From: an uncultured Ignavibacteria bacterium
GTDB lineage: Bacteria; Bacteroidota; Ignavibacteria; UBA10030; UBA6906
Reading direction: 5' to 3'
DNA: 64,000 nt
Assembly: GCA_963701735.1 (NCBI GenBank)
Contig: CAVPBI010000022.1
Span: 72,604-136,603 of the forward strand
The notes under the pieces are model-generated. The model searched no databases and had not been told where the DNA came from. It was given only the letters and a program-made list of their open reading frames with translations. This document shows positions 20,837 through 30,938 of the stretch, piece after piece (positions within the stretch are counted from its first letter, which is position 1; every line of letters begins with the position of its first letter). The position numbers were made by a program, and so were the translations under genes.

Positions 20837-22840
20837 TCATTTCGGCATCTGGCCTGAAAGTCGGCTTATCCCAAGCCTCTCCATCTTCGACTGAAGCGTC
20901 GTGCGCTTAAGGCCCAGAACCTCCGCCGCACCACCCTTGCCTCCGATTTGCCAGCCTGATCCGTTCAGGACCTTCAAGATGTGGGCCCGTTCGACACTGT
21001 CGAGATCAGAGGCGACCGGTCCCTTGGATGTGCTTGTTGTGGGCAGGCTCACGGTGAGAGTATTCCCCGAGCTTACGATCATACCGTGCTCAATGACGTT
21101 CCTCAATTCCCTGATGTTGCCGGGCCAGGAATACCGCTGCATTGCGTCCATAGACTTCGCAGCCATGCGGTCGATGCGCTTTCCGATTCTCTTTTCAAAC
21201 TCCCTGATGAATGCCCAGACGAGGAGCGGAATGTCCTCCGTCCGCTCACGGAGCGGCGGCAGAACCACAGGGAAGACATTCAGCCGGTAGTATAGATCCG
21301 ATCTGAATCTCCTTTCAGCCACAGCGCGCGGCAGATCCCGGTTTGTCGCGGCGATGATGCGGACATCCACCTTCAACGTCTTCGTGGAGCCCAGCCGCTC
21401 GAAGCAACCCTCCTCGAGGACGCGGAGGAGTTTGGACTGCACCTCGATCGGGAGCTCGCCGATCTCATCGAGGAAGAGCGTGGATCCGTCAGCCAGTTCG
21501 AACCGACCGGCCATTCTTGTCAGCGCGTCCGTATAGGCTCCCCGCTCGCGGCCGAAGAGTTCGCTTTCGATAAGCGTGGGCGGCAGAGAAGCGCAGTTGA
21601 CCGTCACGAGGGCCCGGCCGTTCCGCCGGCTCATCCTGTGGATCGCCCGCGCCAGCAGCTCCTTTCCCGTTCCTGTTTCTCCCAGCAGCAAAACCGTCGA
21701 ATCCGTCCCGGCAACCTGCTTTGCCTGACCCAGGATGTGCCGCATTGCACCGCTCTTCCCAACGATGTCCGTCTGCTCGACCAGAAGTCCGATCTCTTCT
21801 TTCAGGTAAAGGTTCTCCCGTTCGGCCCGCTGCTTGAGCTCTTCAATCTCCCGGATCTTCTCCTTGAGCTGCGCTTCCATCTGCTTCCGGCTGGAGATGT
21901 CTATCGTTGCTCCGAGCATCGAAGCCGGGTTCCCGTCCGCATTCAACCGCGTCCGCCCCCGGGCCGCGAGCCAACGATGCTCACCTTCGGGGATGTTCGA
22001 ACGGAATTCTGTCCCGAACTCGACGCCCGAAGCGACGGCGCTTTGAACCTCCTGCCTTACCCTCTGGCGATCGTCCGGATGGATCCGCTCGAAGACGTCC
22101 TCGATGCTGACCTCTGCACCTGAAGGGAAGCCGAAGAATCGCCACCACCGATCAGAACCCCAGACCCTGTTCCGGGCGAGGTTCCACACCCAGATGCCAA
22201 CCTCAGCCGCATCCGCAGCCAGGGTCATCCGTTGCTCGCTTTCCCGCAGCTCGTGGTCCGCACGTTTCCTCGCCAGCGCATTGGCAAACATCTGCGCCAC
22301 GAGCTGGAGCCTCGTAATGAGAGGCTCGGGCCATGGGCGCTCGGCCTGCATTGCATTCAGCGCCAGAATCCCTATGGTCTGTCCGCCACCCACCGAGAGC
22401 GGCAGGAGCAAGCTCGATTTGACTCCGATATGCCGGGCGGACTCCCTGTCTCGCACCGCCTCAACCGGCAGGTCCTCCAGTGTCGAGATGGCAACAATCC
22501 GACCCGAGATCATCTGCTGCCTGCACCATGGATAGAATGCATCGATCCCCCGCTCGACAGATCCCGGACCACCCGATGGGTCATACATATGAGTGAGCGA
22601 GAAGACTCCGGGGATGGCTTCCTCCCACTGCCAGAGGGCAGACATGTCCAGGCCAAGGGTCTCGCAGATGCGCCGCTGAGCGTATTCGATGTGGCTGTCA
22701 ATCTCGGCGGCCGGCAGATTGACAAATCCGGCGGAGATATCCGTCAGGAGCGTCTCAAACGCGAGTTGTTCCTTCAGGCTTGCTTCCGGAGCGGTCGGCG
22801 GGGCGTCAGACTGTTGAAGGATTTCGAATGGTGCCGACAT
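20837..22840 (-). CDS. Sigma-54-dependent transcriptional activator with N-terminal GAF/PAS sensory domains and C-terminal Fis-type HTH
   Basis: AAA+ sigma-54 interaction domain: GETGTGKELLARAIH, GAYTD, ESELFGRERGAYTD, and the C-terminal HTH …VLGLKRTTLQSKMERLGI. Start chosen at MSAPFEILQQ. Confidence 0.85.
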   Translation of the reverse strand: MSAPFEILQQSDAPPTAPEASLKEQLAFETLLTDISAGFVNLPAAEIDSHIEYAQRRICETLGLDMSALWQWEEAIPGVFSLTHMYDPSGGPGSVERGIDAFYPWCRQQMISGRIVAISTLEDLPVEAVRDRESARHIGVKSSLLLPLSVGGGQTIGILALNAMQAERPWPEPLITRLQLVAQMFANALARKRADHELRESEQRMTLAADAAEVGIWVWNLARNRVWGSDRWWRFFGFPSGAEVSIEDVFERIHPDDRQRVRQEVQSAVASGVEFGTEFRSNIPEGEHRWLAARGRTRLNADGNPASMLGATIDISSRKQMEAQLKEKIREIEELKQRAERENLYLKEEIGLLVEQTDIVGKSGAMRHILGQAKQVAGTDSTVLLLGETGTGKELLARAIHRMSRRNGRALVTVNCASLPPTLIESELFGRERGAYTDALTRMAGRFELADGSTLFLDEIGELPIEVQSKLLRVLEEGCFERLGSTKTLKVDVRIIAATNRDLPRAVAERRFRSDLYYRLNVFPVVLPPLRERTEDIPLLVWAFIREFEKRIGKRIDRMAAKSMDAMQRYSWPGNIRELRNVIEHGMIVSSGNTLTVSLPTTSTSKGPVASDLDSVERAHILKVLNGSGWQIGGKGGAAEVLGLKRTTLQSKMERLGISRLSGQMPK

Positions 22841-23015
22841 TTCGTCAGAATGGTGTATTGGGCAGCAGGTGGGCTTCTTCCAACATACGCCGGGGATTCG
22901 CCATATGCAATCGGCCGGAATCGCTGAAAAATAGATCAATTTCGGCGATGAATCCCGAAGTCCCGCCCTTCATGCTTTCCGAAGAGCGGGACGAATGGCG
23001 GGCACGACAGATCGT

Positions 23016-23465
23016 CTACTTCCCCGCCAGCATGCCGGATTCCAGCCGGCGCGCCACGGCAAGATACAGCTGTGTCGGCGTCCGGAAATCCACACTGCTC
23101 TCAGCCGCAAAAAGCGCGGGGGCATCAAACATCGCACGGACGAGAGACGCCTTATAGCGGATCGGTGGTGTCATTCCGTTCAACGCGATATCTTCCAGTC
23201 TCTTCTTCAGGGCGTCTGACTCCCACGTGAGGTGTGCGAGCTTGATGCGCGCCACTTCGCGCACGGCGCATTCCACAACACCCTCGATGGGACTCTCGAG
23301 GCAGTAGACATACGCCTTCTCGAGCACCGGGAGATTCGCCTGGAGATATCTCGCCTGGGGGGCGTACGTCCATTCATCCTGCTGATCCTGACCCCTCGCA
23401 TCGCCACAGGCGCCGACCACCGCGGCAACCGCGAGTGCAACGGCAACTCTTACCTTTGTTCCCAT
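23016..23465 (-). CDS. Hypothetical secreted/lipoprotein
   Basis: MGTKVRVAVALAVAAVVGACGD signal with a lipobox-like Cys. Confidence 0.45.
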   Translation of the reverse strand: MGTKVRVAVALAVAAVVGACGDARGQDQQDEWTYAPQARYLQANLPVLEKAYVYCLESPIEGVVECAVREVARIKLAHLTWESDALKKRLEDIALNGMTPPIRYKASLVRAMFDAPALFAAESSVDFRTPTQLYLAVARRLESGMLAGK

Positions 23466-24149
23466 GATCCCCTCCCGGGGGCCTCAGTGTGGCCCCCCTC
23501 TCTATTTGCTCAGACGTTTCCTCCCACTCGATTGTTACAGCAGCTCATCGCAACACCGGCATCCCCTCGGACATCCGCTTGACGTTCATCTCACAGTGTG
23601 CGATGATGTAAACCTTACGCGCTCCATATCTCGCTTACGAGCGCCGACACCATGATCAGCGATCAGCAGGCCATGCCCCGATTGAACGACGATTACCGGT
23701 TGACCCGGGCAGATCTGCGACTATCAGCGCAGCGGCTTCGTCTTGCTCTGCGGCCTCGCATCACGACAAGAGGTTGATGCGTACCGGCCGCTGATTCAGG
23801 ATAAGGCCGCCGCGGACCTGATGGGCGTTTCGAGCGGACGCGGGAAGTCCTCACGATCATCTACTACGCCGACGGCACCCGGATCCTTCAGCCGATCAGC
23901 GAGTACCGGCGGGTCGACATGGAGGCGTTTCACCCGGGGCAGGCTCCCGGTGACCTGGCCGCCAGCCCCCTGAATCCGCTGCTGTATCCATAAGAAAATG
24001 GGCTACTTGCCGGGTCGTGCCCGAGCTCGGCATCGAAGGCGGCACTACTTGAACGATTTTGAGCCCGCACGGCTTGCCATGCCGCTCCCGAAACAGTATC
24101 TTCCGTGGTCCCAACCAACCGTTCATTCTCATATGCGCAGGAGGTTCCC

Positions 24150-24710
24150 ATGGTCTCGATACCATCCCTCTGGCTTCCGATTCTCCTTTCGGGGGTCTTC
24201 GTCTTCGTGGTCAGTTCGCTGATCCACATGGTGCTGGGGTATCACGCGAACGACTTCAAGAAGTTCCCGAATGAGGACGCTGTGGCCGACGCCCTCAGGA
24301 AACTGAATATCCCCCCGGGCGACTACGGCTATCCCAAGCCGTCGAACATGAAGGAGATGAACTCGCCCGAGTTCAAGGAGAAACGGAAGAAGGGGCCGGT
24401 GCTATTTGCGACCGTATTCCCCAACGGAGAGTCCTCCATGGGATCCTCCCTGTTCCTCTGGTTCATCTACTCAGTCATCGTCGCGATCTTCGCAGCCTAT
24501 GTCGCGGGCCGCGCACTCGGACCCGGGGCGGAGTATCTCTCAGTCTTCCGGTTTGCAGGCGTGACGGCATTTGTGAGCTACGCGCTTGGAGGATGGCAGG
24601 CCTCCATCTGGTACAACCGCCCCTGGTCGGTGACGCTGAAGAACACATTCGACGGGCTGGTGTACGGGTTGGTGACGGCGGGCGTGTTTGGATGGTTGTG
24701 GCCGCGGTAA
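24150..24710 (+). CDS. Hypothetical membrane protein
   Basis: Start at [28 protein letters not shown]. At least three predicted transmembrane helices. Confidence 0.5.
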   Translation: MVSIPSLWLPILLSGVFVFVVSSLIHMVLGYHANDFKKFPNEDAVADALRKLNIPPGDYGYPKPSNMKEMNSPEFKEKRKKGPVLFATVFPNGESSMGSSLFLWFIYSVIVAIFAAYVAGRALGPGAEYLSVFRFAGVTAFVSYALGGWQASIWYNRPWSVTLKNTFDGLVYGLVTAGVFGWLWPR

Positions 24711-24896
24711 CGAGAGAGCGGTGTGCGTAATGCGAGAGGGGGATGGCTGACACAGGCCATCCCCCTCTCTACTTTTTCTCTGGCAACCCGGGTCTGTTCG
24801 CCGCCGCACCAAGGTGCCCGGAGTGTTCCCCTTCTACCAGACGAATCGCTGTGGCACAGTCAACCTGCCGTTGGCAAAGTGTGCCCCGCAGTCGAC

Positions 24897-26009
24897 CTAC
24901 CGCCCCGTGAACTCCTCTCGCCTCACGGTCACACGCTCGAGCCTCTCACTGAGCACCTCCACCCCGATCCCGGGCCCCGTCGGGACGGCCATCGTCCCGT
25001 CCTTCGCAACCACGAACTCCGGGTCAACGATGTCTTCGCGGTAGTACCGCTTGCTGGCGGAGATGTCGCCCGGCAGCGTAAAGCCCGGAAGCGATGCGAG
25101 GGCGACGTTGCCTGCGCGCCCGATTCCCGACTCGAGCATGCCGCCGTGCCAGACCGGAATTCCACGCGACATGCACAGGTCGTGAATGCGCTTCGACTCG
25201 GTGAACCCGCTCACGCGGCCCGGCTTGATGTTGATCACCCGGCAGGCATCCAGCTCGAGCGCTGCGTTCGCATCCGCGAGCGAATGGATACTCTCGTCCA
25301 GGCAGATCGGAGTTTTGAGCTCGCGCTGCAGCTTGGCGTGGTCAAAAATGTCGTCGTAGCCGAGAGGCTGCTCGATGAGCAGCAGCCGCTGGTCATCCAT
25401 CTGCCTGAACAGATCGATATCATCGAGCGTGAAGGCGGAGTTCGCATCCACCTGGAACGGGATGTCCGGAAACGCCGAGCGCACGGCCCGGACGAGCGCG
25501 ACGTCGTGCCCGGGTGCGATCTTGATCTTGATGCGCCTGTAGCCCTCCTCCAGGTATCCTGCCACTTTTGTGACGAGCACCTCCGGCGACTCCTGGATCC
25601 CGATGCTTACCCCCACATCGATACGCGGCCGGACGCCGCCCAGCGCCTTCGAGAGCGAGACACCCCGGGACTTTGCCAGAAGGTCCCACAATGCAGCCTC
25701 CAACCCCGCCTTCGCCATCATATGCCCCCGCACAGGGGGCCAGAGAGCCATCGCGGCAGACACATCGGAGATGGACCTCCCCAGCAGAGACGGGACCAGA
25801 AAATCACGCAGGATGTGCCACGCGGTCTGGACCGTCTCGTAGGAATAGAACGGGGTCCCCTCGGCGACGGATTCCCCCCATCCGGTCAGTCCCTCCCCGT
25901 CAACCCGTACGATAATATGCTCCTCGTCGGTCTCGACGCCCATGGACGTGACGAACGGCGCGACAAGGACGAGCTTTACATGCCGGAGTTCAATACGTTC
26001 GATGCGCAT
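24897..26009 (-). CDS. Enolase-superfamily enzyme, o-succinylbenzoate synthase / N-acylamino-acid racemase (MR subgroup)
   Basis: KxK motif RRIKIKIAPG and metal ligands …QVDANSAF…, …LIEQPL…, …ICLDESI…. Confidence 0.8.
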   Translation of the reverse strand: MRIERIELRHVKLVLVAPFVTSMGVETDEEHIIVRVDGEGLTGWGESVAEGTPFYSYETVQTAWHILRDFLVPSLLGRSISDVSAAMALWPPVRGHMMAKAGLEAALWDLLAKSRGVSLSKALGGVRPRIDVGVSIGIQESPEVLVTKVAGYLEEGYRRIKIKIAPGHDVALVRAVRSAFPDIPFQVDANSAFTLDDIDLFRQMDDQRLLLIEQPLGYDDIFDHAKLQRELKTPICLDESIHSLADANAALELDACRVINIKPGRVSGFTESKRIHDLCMSRGIPVWHGGMLESGIGRAGNVALASLPGFTLPGDISASKRYYREDIVDPEFVVAKDGTMAVPTGPGIGVEVLSERLERVTVRREEFTGR

Positions 26010-26090
26010 TTTGGTGCAGGCTCCAGAACAGAGAAGGCCCCATCAACAGGGCCTCCTCACGATGTAACATCAACAGGCAGTGGAACGTCG

Positions 26091-26699
26091 TCAATAGGTA
26101 CGGAACTGCCAGGACAGCATGACCTGGACGCTGACATTCTGGTCGCGATAGCGTTCCATGTACTGATAGCGTACCTCGCCGCCAAGTTGCAGATCGCTGG
26201 CGATGGGGTACATGTAGGACACCGCGACGTACATGTACGGTGTGAAGGAGGAAACGTTTGACGTCGCCCCGAAGAACTCCACATGGGACGTCAGCAGTCC
26301 AGCCCCCATCCCCAGCCACACGTCGAAACGATCGATCACAGGCATGGAGAACGTCAGAAGAATCGGCATGACATACAGCGAAGTCTGCGCGTTCGTCGTG
26401 CCGAACTCGTTTGTGAACGATTCCACCTCCGCGCCGTACACATAATGGTAACCGGTTTCGAGCCCGACGCGCAGGAGATGTTCCGGCTTCCACATAACGC
26501 GAAGCGTGCCGGAGAATCCGTTCTGCAACAGGCCTTCCGGCTTGAAATCGAAACTGGAGATATTCCGCGTGTACCCTCCGCCGGCGTACAGAATCCATGC
26601 ATAACTGGTGTCGGGATTCCCGGCACGAAGCTGACCGCCGGGCAGGAGGAGAAGCAGCGCGGGCACCCAGAGTGCAAGCTTACTGGATATAGTAGGCAT
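26091..26699 (-). CDS. Outer-membrane beta-barrel protein
   Basis: Start at MPTISSKLALWVPALLLLLPGGQLRAG (signal peptide). Beta-strand periodicity. C-terminal …LSWQFRTY. Confidence 0.6.
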   Translation of the reverse strand: MPTISSKLALWVPALLLLLPGGQLRAGNPDTSYAWILYAGGGYTRNISSFDFKPEGLLQNGFSGTLRVMWKPEHLLRVGLETGYHYVYGAEVESFTNEFGTTNAQTSLYVMPILLTFSMPVIDRFDVWLGMGAGLLTSHVEFFGATSNVSSFTPYMYVAVSYMYPIASDLQLGGEVRYQYMERYRDQNVSVQVMLSWQFRTY

Positions 26700-27939
26700 A
26701 CGCCACCGCTGTCGGATAGTTGGTGAGGATGCCATCGAACGTGCCCCGCGCGATGAATTGATTAATGTAACTTGGTACATCCAGCGTCCACACGAACGCC
26801 CGCCGCCCTTCAGCCTTCATCGCCGCGACGTCAGCGTCCAGTGTGCCCTGTGTCCACCTGGGCCCCCAGACTTCGGCATCCACGGCGCGGCAATCGTCCG
26901 TGCTGAGCTCGCAGAGCGTCTGGAGCTGTTGATAATTGGGGTAGCGTTTCACCTCCTCAAGCACGTCATCAGTCGGAATGCCGATCATGATGTCGAGCCG
27001 CCGCCCGGCCGCCTGGGCACGGGCAAGGGCCGCTTGCTGAATCGGCACCACCTTCTCGATGAGGTTCCGCCCTTCGGTCTTCGAATCAAGCCATACGAAG
27101 CTGAGGTTCGTTTCGTCCACGACGACCGTGAGGACCTCCTCGAGCGTTGGAATCTTCTCTCCGTTGATGATAAGGCGGATGGCCGAGCGCACCTGCGCGA
27201 ACGTGTAGTCCTCGACCCCTCCGACCAGAGCAGTCTTTCTCGTCAGCCTGGGGTTGATGCTGCCGTCGTGGTACAGGATCGGCACGCCGTCCTTTGTCAG
27301 GCGCACATCGATCTCGATGCCCGTCGCTCCGAAGCCTTCCGCCAGCCGGATCATTTCCACGGTATTCTCAGACGCCGGGATGCGATCCGAGGTGCGGCCC
27401 CCGCCACGGTGCGAGACGACTTCGAATTTGCCCTCCAGGAGATCCGCACGAATCGGGCGAGCGTATTCGAGCACAAGTGGCCGGCTTGGTGATTCCTGAC
27501 CGTCGCCGATGGCTCCCGTGATCAAGATCGATTGCCGCGCCAAAGTCTCGTTCATCAGGAATCTGCCGCCGTCTTCACGCTTGATGCCCAGGCGTGCGAG
27601 CCCGGTCTGGTTGCTTGTTGCGAACCGCCAGTACCCCTCCAGGACGAAGACGGAGTCGATCACGCCGGCTTGCAGGATGAAATGACCGACGTTCTTGCCC
27701 GCGAAGATGGACAGAACATTCTTCGACCACTTGACAACCACGGTCCCACCAAACTGGTCCGCTCCCTGGAGAACGTTGTAGATGCCGGTCAGCTTTGCCT
27801 TCGAGGCTTCAGGAATAGGATATGTCTGATCCAGAACACCGCCGCCCGGAAACTGCGGCACGTCCAGTATGTTCGGATCTTCACACGATGACAACACCAT
27901 CGCGAGGGCGAGAACTGCTACAACCTGTCGTGTCGTCAT
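26680..27939 (-). CDS. Glycerophosphodiester phosphodiesterase (GDPD) family lipoprotein with N-terminal extra domain
   Basis: Signal/lipobox MTTRQVVAVLALAMVLSSCEDP. GDPD motifs VVSHRGGG…ENT and GIEIDVRLTKDGVPILYHD. Confidence 0.75.
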   Translation of the reverse strand: MTTRQVVAVLALAMVLSSCEDPNILDVPQFPGGGVLDQTYPIPEASKAKLTGIYNVLQGADQFGGTVVVKWSKNVLSIFAGKNVGHFILQAGVIDSVFVLEGYWRFATSNQTGLARLGIKREDGGRFLMNETLARQSILITGAIGDGQESPSRPLVLEYARPIRADLLEGKFEVVSHRGGGRTSDRIPASENTVEMIRLAEGFGATGIEIDVRLTKDGVPILYHDGSINPRLTRKTALVGGVEDYTFAQVRSAIRLIINGEKIPTLEEVLTVVVDETNLSFVWLDSKTEGRNLIEKVVPIQQAALARAQAAGRRLDIMIGIPTDDVLEEVKRYPNYQQLQTLCELSTDDCRAVDAEVWGPRWTQGTLDADVAAMKAEGRRAFVWTLDVPSYINQFIARGTFDGILTNYPTAVAYAYYIQ

Positions 27940-28673
27940 AGCCGGATCCCCAGGATCAGTTCGGGGATATAATAGTATCTGTTGAATGTCGGGAAGAGAA
28001 GCCACGTGGGGTAGAAAAATTTCACGCGATTGACCCGGATCCCGAGCGTCACATAGTTGTCCTTCCACAGCGGCTGCTCGAGCATCAGGGCGAGCGATCC
28101 GCCGTTGTAGAAATTGTTGTCCGTCGACGTCTCGAGGTCGCCTGCATACGTGGTCAGGCTCGTCACGATGCTGAGTTCGCCACGCAGCGTGACCGCCATG
28201 GACCCGAAATCGTATCCTACCGCCATCGCCGGATAGTTAAACCATCCGTGGGCCGTGTTGTCAAAGCCGTAGCTGTGCATGAAGCCGAACCAGTACGCAA
28301 CGCGGTCCCCCACTTCAACGTGAACGCGGTCGAAGGCGTACACCCAGCTTGCTCCCGCCGCGAAGTGGTTCGTGATAATGATCGACGTGACCGCGCCCGT
28401 CAACTGGAAATTCTGCGGAAGGCCGTAACGCATATCCCACGTGGGCAGCGGCGCCCGTATGAACGACGCCTCCTCGAGGATATCCTCAGGAGCCCGTGCC
28501 ATAAAGATGTCGAGCGTGCTTCGGAACTCCTTCGGCTGGAGTTGAACGGGGTAATGATACAGTCCGAAGGCGTGTTCGGGTTGCGCCGTTGACCGTTGGG
28601 ATAGAGCAAGCAGGAGCAGAACGGCAACGAGAAACCCGCAGAGTTGCTGTCGCGGAAAGTGCGTCATAGACAT
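27936..28673 (-). CDS. Outer-membrane beta-barrel-like protein
   Basis: MSMTHFPRQQLCGFLVAVLLLLALSQRSTAQ signal peptide. Aromatic-rich alternating pattern. ATGA overlap with the downstream GDPD gene. Confidence 0.5.
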   Translation of the reverse strand: MSMTHFPRQQLCGFLVAVLLLLALSQRSTAQPEHAFGLYHYPVQLQPKEFRSTLDIFMARAPEDILEEASFIRAPLPTWDMRYGLPQNFQLTGAVTSIIITNHFAAGASWVYAFDRVHVEVGDRVAYWFGFMHSYGFDNTAHGWFNYPAMAVGYDFGSMAVTLRGELSIVTSLTTYAGDLETSTDNNFYNGGSLALMLEQPLWKDNYVTLGIRVNRVKFFYPTWLLFPTFNRYYYIPELILGIRL

Positions 28674-28809
28674 GCGGGAATGTGAGAGAGCGGGAAGAAA
28701 CTGGCCGGACGTCGTCACCTCAGGAGGACGCAAGAGGCTAGAAAACGACCGCCCACAAAATGAAGAGGATTTGCCTGAGAAGCAACAGCGACCATTCCTG
28801 CGAGAGAGT

Positions 28810-30138
28810 CTACAGCCCGAGCGCCACCACTATGTCGGCAACATTAGTCCCTGTGGGCCCGGTGCGCAAAAGTCCTCCAGGCGATTCGAAGAACGCGTAC
28901 GAATCGTTCCTGTCCAGGAAGTCTTCCGGCCGTATCCCTCTCGCGCCGGATTCCAGGATCGCCTGTTGATCAAACCATGCCCCGGCTGCATCCGTGGGTC
29001 CATCCGTTCCGTCTGTCCCCATTGCAGCTATCGTGAATTTGCCTTCTGCCAGCCGCAACGCATTGAAGGCGGCCAGAGCCAACTCCTGATTCCTGCCTCC
29101 TTTTCCCCGCCCGCGAACGGTGACGGTCGTTTCTCCTCCCCACAGGAGACAGAACGGAGGATTGCCTGGCCGTGCACTCTCCAGCTCCGAGCGCACGGCA
29201 GAGGCAATCGCCACTCCGGCGTCCCTTGCCTCGCCCCGGAGGGCAGGGTTCACGATCCGGGACCGATACCCTCGCGCTGCAGCCTCACGGGCTGCAGCGT
29301 CCAGGGCCACCGCGTTGTTTGCGAGCAGATGATAGCTGGCTCGCGCAAAGGCCGGATCGCCAGGCTTGGGCGTGTCCGCATGCAGGCCTCGCACGCCTTC
29401 CTGAAGATGGTGCTTCACAGCTTCCGGCACCTTTTCCATCAACCCCAGCGCCTCCAGGACCGAGCACGCATCAGCGAACGTCGAGGGGTCGGGCACCGTT
29501 GGACCCGAGGCGATCGCCTCCGGGGCATCCCCGATCACGTCCGAAATGACCAGGGTGACGCAGCGAGCCGGGGCGATGAGGCGTGCCAGCTGGCCGCCCT
29601 TCACGAGGGATAAGTGCCTGCGAACGGAGTTGAACTCGTGGATGCTCGCCCCGGAGGAGAGGAGCAACCGCGATGTCTCCTGAAGATCACCGAGCGTTAC
29701 GCCCGCGGGGAGATGCTCTAGCAGAGCCGATGCGCCGCCCGAGAGCAGGCAGACGACGAGATCGTGCGCGTCGGCGATCCTTGCGATCCTCAGGACTTCC
29801 TCCGTCGCAGCGAGTCCCATGTCGTCCACCACCGGATGCCCGGCCTCGAGCATCCGGGTGCGCCCGCACGGCACCGCGTGCCCATACGGGGCGATGACGC
29901 AGCCCGCGGTTATGCTGGGTCCCGCGATTTCCTCAATAGCATGCGCCATCGTGCCGGCCGCCTTTCCCGCACCGACGACGAACACCCGCTCCGGCACGTC
30001 CTGCACAACGCGCTCGCCGCGGACACACAACACGCCATCGGCCATCGAGAGCGAACGCGCAAAGACCTCGCGGGGAGAGACCGCCCGCATGGCGGACTCG
30101 AGAATGGCCTGAACGTCAGGAGGCGGAGACATAACCAC
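28810..30138 (-). CDS. Glycerate kinase (MOFRL / glycerate 2-kinase family)
   Basis: 442 aa. …RVFVVGAGKAAGTMA… and the C-terminal …AAMGTDGTDGPTDAAGAW… are characteristic of the GckA/TtuD family. Confidence 0.8.
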   Translation of the reverse strand: MVMSPPPDVQAILESAMRAVSPREVFARSLSMADGVLCVRGERVVQDVPERVFVVGAGKAAGTMAHAIEEIAGPSITAGCVIAPYGHAVPCGRTRMLEAGHPVVDDMGLAATEEVLRIARIADAHDLVVCLLSGGASALLEHLPAGVTLGDLQETSRLLLSSGASIHEFNSVRRHLSLVKGGQLARLIAPARCVTLVISDVIGDAPEAIASGPTVPDPSTFADACSVLEALGLMEKVPEAVKHHLQEGVRGLHADTPKPGDPAFARASYHLLANNAVALDAAAREAAARGYRSRIVNPALRGEARDAGVAIASAVRSELESARPGNPPFCLLWGGETTVTVRGRGKGGRNQELALAAFNALRLAEGKFTIAAMGTDGTDGPTDAAGAWFDQQAILESGARGIRPEDFLDRNDSYAFFESPGGLLRTGPTGTNVADIVVALGL

Positions 30139-30231
30139 AGGGGCTTTTCAAGAATCGAAGGTTGTTCTCACAGAATGGCCCACAGGAATTTCTCCCTGCA
30201 GGCCATTCCATGAAGCTGCATCGAGGCTCGC

Positions 30232-30648
30232 TTACACTTTCCCCTTGAACATGGAGAGCGCCTGCTGCAGCATGTCGCCTTCAGGCATCTTCCCGTTGGG
30301 TGTCAGTGAATCGACGAGCCCGGGGAGAACGCCTGCGAGCATCGAGCTTGCCTTCTCGGGTGTCAGCCCCGCCTGCTTCGCAAGGTCGCCGAGCTGGTTG
30401 CCTCCGAGGGCCTTCGTGATCTGGTCGGCTGAAATCGGGAGGTTCTTTCCGGTCCCAACCCACGACGACACGACATCGCCCAGTCCACTCCTCGTGAACT
30501 GATCGACAAGGCCTGCCAGGCCGCCGGCATTCTGGTTGCCGAGCATGCCGGTGACCGCGTTCAGCAGCTGCACTTCGGCTCCGCCGCCGGACTTGCCGGT
30601 CACTTTTCCAAGAAGATCATCGAATAATCCCACGATTGTTCCCTCCAT
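30232..30648 (-). CDS. YidB-family protein (DUF937)
   Basis: 138 aa. Gly-rich …LLGKVTGKSGGG…GLGDVVSSWVGTGKNLPISADQITKALG is typical of YidB. Confidence 0.6.
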   Translation of the reverse strand: MEGTIVGLFDDLLGKVTGKSGGGAEVQLLNAVTGMLGNQNAGGLAGLVDQFTRSGLGDVVSSWVGTGKNLPISADQITKALGGNQLGDLAKQAGLTPEKASSMLAGVLPGLVDSLTPNGKMPEGDMLQQALSMFKGKV

Positions 30649-30938
30649 TCTGACTATCGAATGTACCCCGTCGGCTGACGATAGTCAATCGATTACTTCA
30701 ACACTCCGCCAAGCATGTTCTTCACGGTTTGCTTTCTCGCAACTGCCGGCACTACAACAGAAGATCGGCGCGGCACGAAAAGAAGCGTAGAGTATAGCAT
30801 CCCCGGGGGTAGGAATCAAGATTCGTTGCGCATTTTTTCTTGAACCTGAACCTCTTGATTACTATCATGCGGGGCCTCATCGTCCAGCGCCGCACAGACA
30901 ATGCCACCGAGCCCACAACCCCGCTTCGGAAGGTAACA

